Assembly: GCA_022706825.1 (NCBI GenBank)
Contig: JAKJBU010000002.1
Coordinates: 932 to 64,931, forward strand
Reading direction: 5' to 3'
From: Bacillota bacterium
GTDB taxonomy: Bacteria > Bacillota > Clostridia > Lutisporales > Lutisporaceae
Length of the DNA stretch: 64,000 bases
Shown: piece by piece, positions 62,283 to 64,000 of the stretch
How positions within the stretch are numbered: the stretch's first letter is position 1
How the letters are laid out: the number at the start of each line of letters is the position of its first letter
Position numbers and translations under genes: made by a program
The notes under the pieces: generated by a model
What the model was told of the DNA's origin: nothing
Seen by the model: the letters and a program-made list of their open reading frames with translations, nothing else
Database searches by the model: none

Positions 62283-63434
62283 GTGCTTATTGTGGACAGG
62301 TTAAACGAAATCATAAAAAATACGGTAGATATTATTGAAAAGAGCAGAAGTGAATTATTCAGCATAGCTGAAAGTTCCCGAACCGAATGTCAATTGGTGG
62401 AGGAAGAACTGGAAAAAATCAGGATACTTACAACAGACCTTATCAATCAGGTGGACATACTGGTAAAGCTTGACAAGGAATGCAGATATCAGCTTATGAT
62501 AGTGAGTAAGAATATTAAGGAGTACAAGGAAGAGGATGTAAAAAGAGCCTACGATAAAGCAAAGGATCTTCAGGTACAACTTATGACGAAAAAAGCGGAG
62601 GAACAGCTGCTTATTCAACGGAGAAGCGAACTGGAAAGAAGGCTTAAGATAGCAAGAGACACTGCAAACAAAGCTGAATCTCTTGTCAATAAGGTTGGAG
62701 TGGCGATGGGTTATTTGACCGGAGAGCTGCAGGACCTTTCGATACAGATGGAGGATATAAAGCAGAAGCAATATCTGGGTATAAAGATAATCAAAGCACA
62801 GGAAGAAGAAAGAAAGAGAGTTGCGAGGGAGATACATGACGGCCCTGCGCAGCTCATGGCCAATCTGGTTATCAAAACCGAATTATGTGAAAAGCTTATA
62901 GATATGGATAAGGAGAAAGCAAAGGAGGAGCTTGGCAGTCTCAGAGGTTTCCTTCGTTCCAGCCTGAGTGACGTGAGAAAGATCATATACGATCTGCGGC
63001 CTATGTCTCTGGACGATTTGGGACTGGTTCCTACCCTTCAAAGATATATTTCAAACTACATCGAGCAAAACAACATATCGGTGAATTTTTCGGTTTTGGG
63101 GGATCCGAAGACATTAAAGCCGGTTGTTGAGCTTGCTGCGTTCAGAATCGTGCAGGAAGCATTGACCAATATAAAAAGGCATTCCGGAGCTGACAGTGCG
63201 GTAGTCAGAGTTGAGTTCACCAATGAGCAGGTTAATCTTCTCATCAGTGATGACGGGAAGGGCTTTGACAAGAATAAGCTGTGGAAGGCAAAAGAAGAAG
63301 ATGCAGGTTATGGCTTGCTCAATATGAAGGAAAGGGTCGAACTGTTGAACGGGAAGTTTGACATAAAGACAGCCCATAATAAAGGCACTAAAGTATTCGC
63401 CAGCCTATCTTTGAATATAGCAGAGGAGGGATAA
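62283..63434 (+). CDS. degS: Cytoplasmic sensor histidine kinase, DegS-like (HisKA_3 / HATPase)
   Basis: Coiled-coil N-domain without TM, H-box EEERKRVAREIHDGPAQ, N-box EALTNIKRHS, and G-boxes DDGKGF and GYGLLNM. Confidence 0.85.
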   Translation: MLIVDRLNEIIKNTVDIIEKSRSELFSIAESSRTECQLVEEELEKIRILTTDLINQVDILVKLDKECRYQLMIVSKNIKEYKEEDVKRAYDKAKDLQVQLMTKKAEEQLLIQRRSELERRLKIARDTANKAESLVNKVGVAMGYLTGELQDLSIQMEDIKQKQYLGIKIIKAQEEERKRVAREIHDGPAQLMANLVIKTELCEKLIDMDKEKAKEELGSLRGFLRSSLSDVRKIIYDLRPMSLDDLGLVPTLQRYISNYIEQNNISVNFSVLGDPKTLKPVVELAAFRIVQEALTNIKRHSGADSAVVRVEFTNEQVNLLISDDGKGFDKNKLWKAKEEDAGYGLLNMKERVELLNGKFDIKTAHNKGTKVFASLSLNIAEEG

Positions 63435-63435
63435 T

Positions 63436-64000
63436 GTGAGCAAGATACGGATATTAATTGCAGATGATCATTCCATCGTCAGGGAAGGGCTCAAACAGCT
63501 CCTGGAGTTGGAGGAAGATTTTGAAGTTGTTGGACAGGCTTCTAATGGAGTTGAAACCATAGAGAAAGTCGAAGAGCTTAAACCGGATGTGCTTCTTCTG
63601 GATATAAACATGCCTATAATGAACGGTATAAAAGCCCTTAAGAAGCTTAAGGAGGACGGTATTGACACAAGAGTTGTGATACTCACGATACATGAGGACA
63701 GGGAATACCTTTTAGAGACAATGCAAATCGGCGCTTCGGGCTATATACTCAAGGATTCCGATTCGGCCAGTTTCTTCAAGGCCATCAGGGATGCATATAT
63801 AGGGGAGGCATATATACAGCCGAAGCTGGCCGCTGATTTGATAAAAGAATTCAACAAGCCAAGAGGAGCCAGGGTTAAGAATGAGAATGAGCTTACCCAG
63901 AGGGAATATGAGGTAATTGTGCTTATTGCAGACGGTTTGAACAATAAGGATATCGCAGACAGGCTTTTTATCAGTGAAAAGACAGTAAAAAATCATGTTT
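63436..64000 (+). CDS. degU: NarL/LuxR-family response regulator, DegU-like (3' end beyond the window)
   Basis: My own translation from GTG 63436 (RBS GAGGAGGG) reads SKIRILIADDHSIVREGLKQLL...VLLLDINMP...LTQREYEVIVLIADGLNNKDIADRLFISEKTVKNH. It is open at the window edge, so it is not in the ORF track. Confidence 0.85.
   Translation, partial: MSKIRILIADDHSIVREGLKQLLELEEDFEVVGQASNGVETIEKVEELKPDVLLLDINMPIMNGIKALKKLKEDGIDTRVVILTIHEDREYLLETMQIGASGYILKDSDSASFFKAIRDAYIGEAYIQPKLAADLIKEFNKPRGARVKNENELTQREYEVIVLIADGLNNKDIADRLFISEKTVKNHV

Overview
Chromosomal segment from a low-GC Gram-positive anaerobe. Gene content and synteny look Clostridia-like: acpS-ydcC-alr-mazEF, divergent argCJ/argBD, T-box-proBA, murA...csaB cell-wall glycan genes, hutHI and cheW-degSU. 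I call about 60 protein genes and see no rRNA, tRNA or CRISPR array. Most of the window is housekeeping: arginine, proline and histidine metabolism, SAM recycling, gltX and cell-envelope glycan synthesis. Seven things stand out:
1. A tandemly amplified cluster of five tiny Gly/Cys-rich or hydrophobic proteins at 49.9-51.9 kb. It carries four copies of one sigma-K-type promoter module, so these are probably undescribed late-sporulation (coat or spore-envelope) proteins.
2. A repeat family of about 310 nt that folds as a long rod-like hairpin. Copies lie at 18.1-18.4 kb and 49.2-49.7 kb, with a fragment at 30.27 kb. The two full copies differ by compensatory base-pair changes, and one copy carries a nested hairpin and sits in the long leader of an SOS-type promoter.
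3. An orphan contractile-tail-sheath homologue with a signal-peptide-like N-terminus (12.8-14.3 kb) and no other tail or injection-system genes nearby.
4. An AT-rich 3.5-kb island (30.3-33.8 kb) that splits the envelope-glycan locus. It encodes a RhuM-like protein, a single-pass membrane protein, a single-HKD PLD-family nuclease with a wHTH-like tail, and an overlapping DpnD/PcfM-like gene. This is a candidate defence module.
5. A GC-rich REP-like palindrome family (GAAACGTCCCCGTGTC core) that doubles as terminators.
6. A complete sigma-54 unit: enhancer-binding protein, two upstream palindromes and a perfect -24/-12 promoter driving an opine-dehydrogenase-like / YjiH-like / aminotransferase operon.
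7. CsoR/CstR-type operators flanking a CoA-persulfide-reductase-like gene.
All functional calls rest on motif recognition by eye. No database search was possible.
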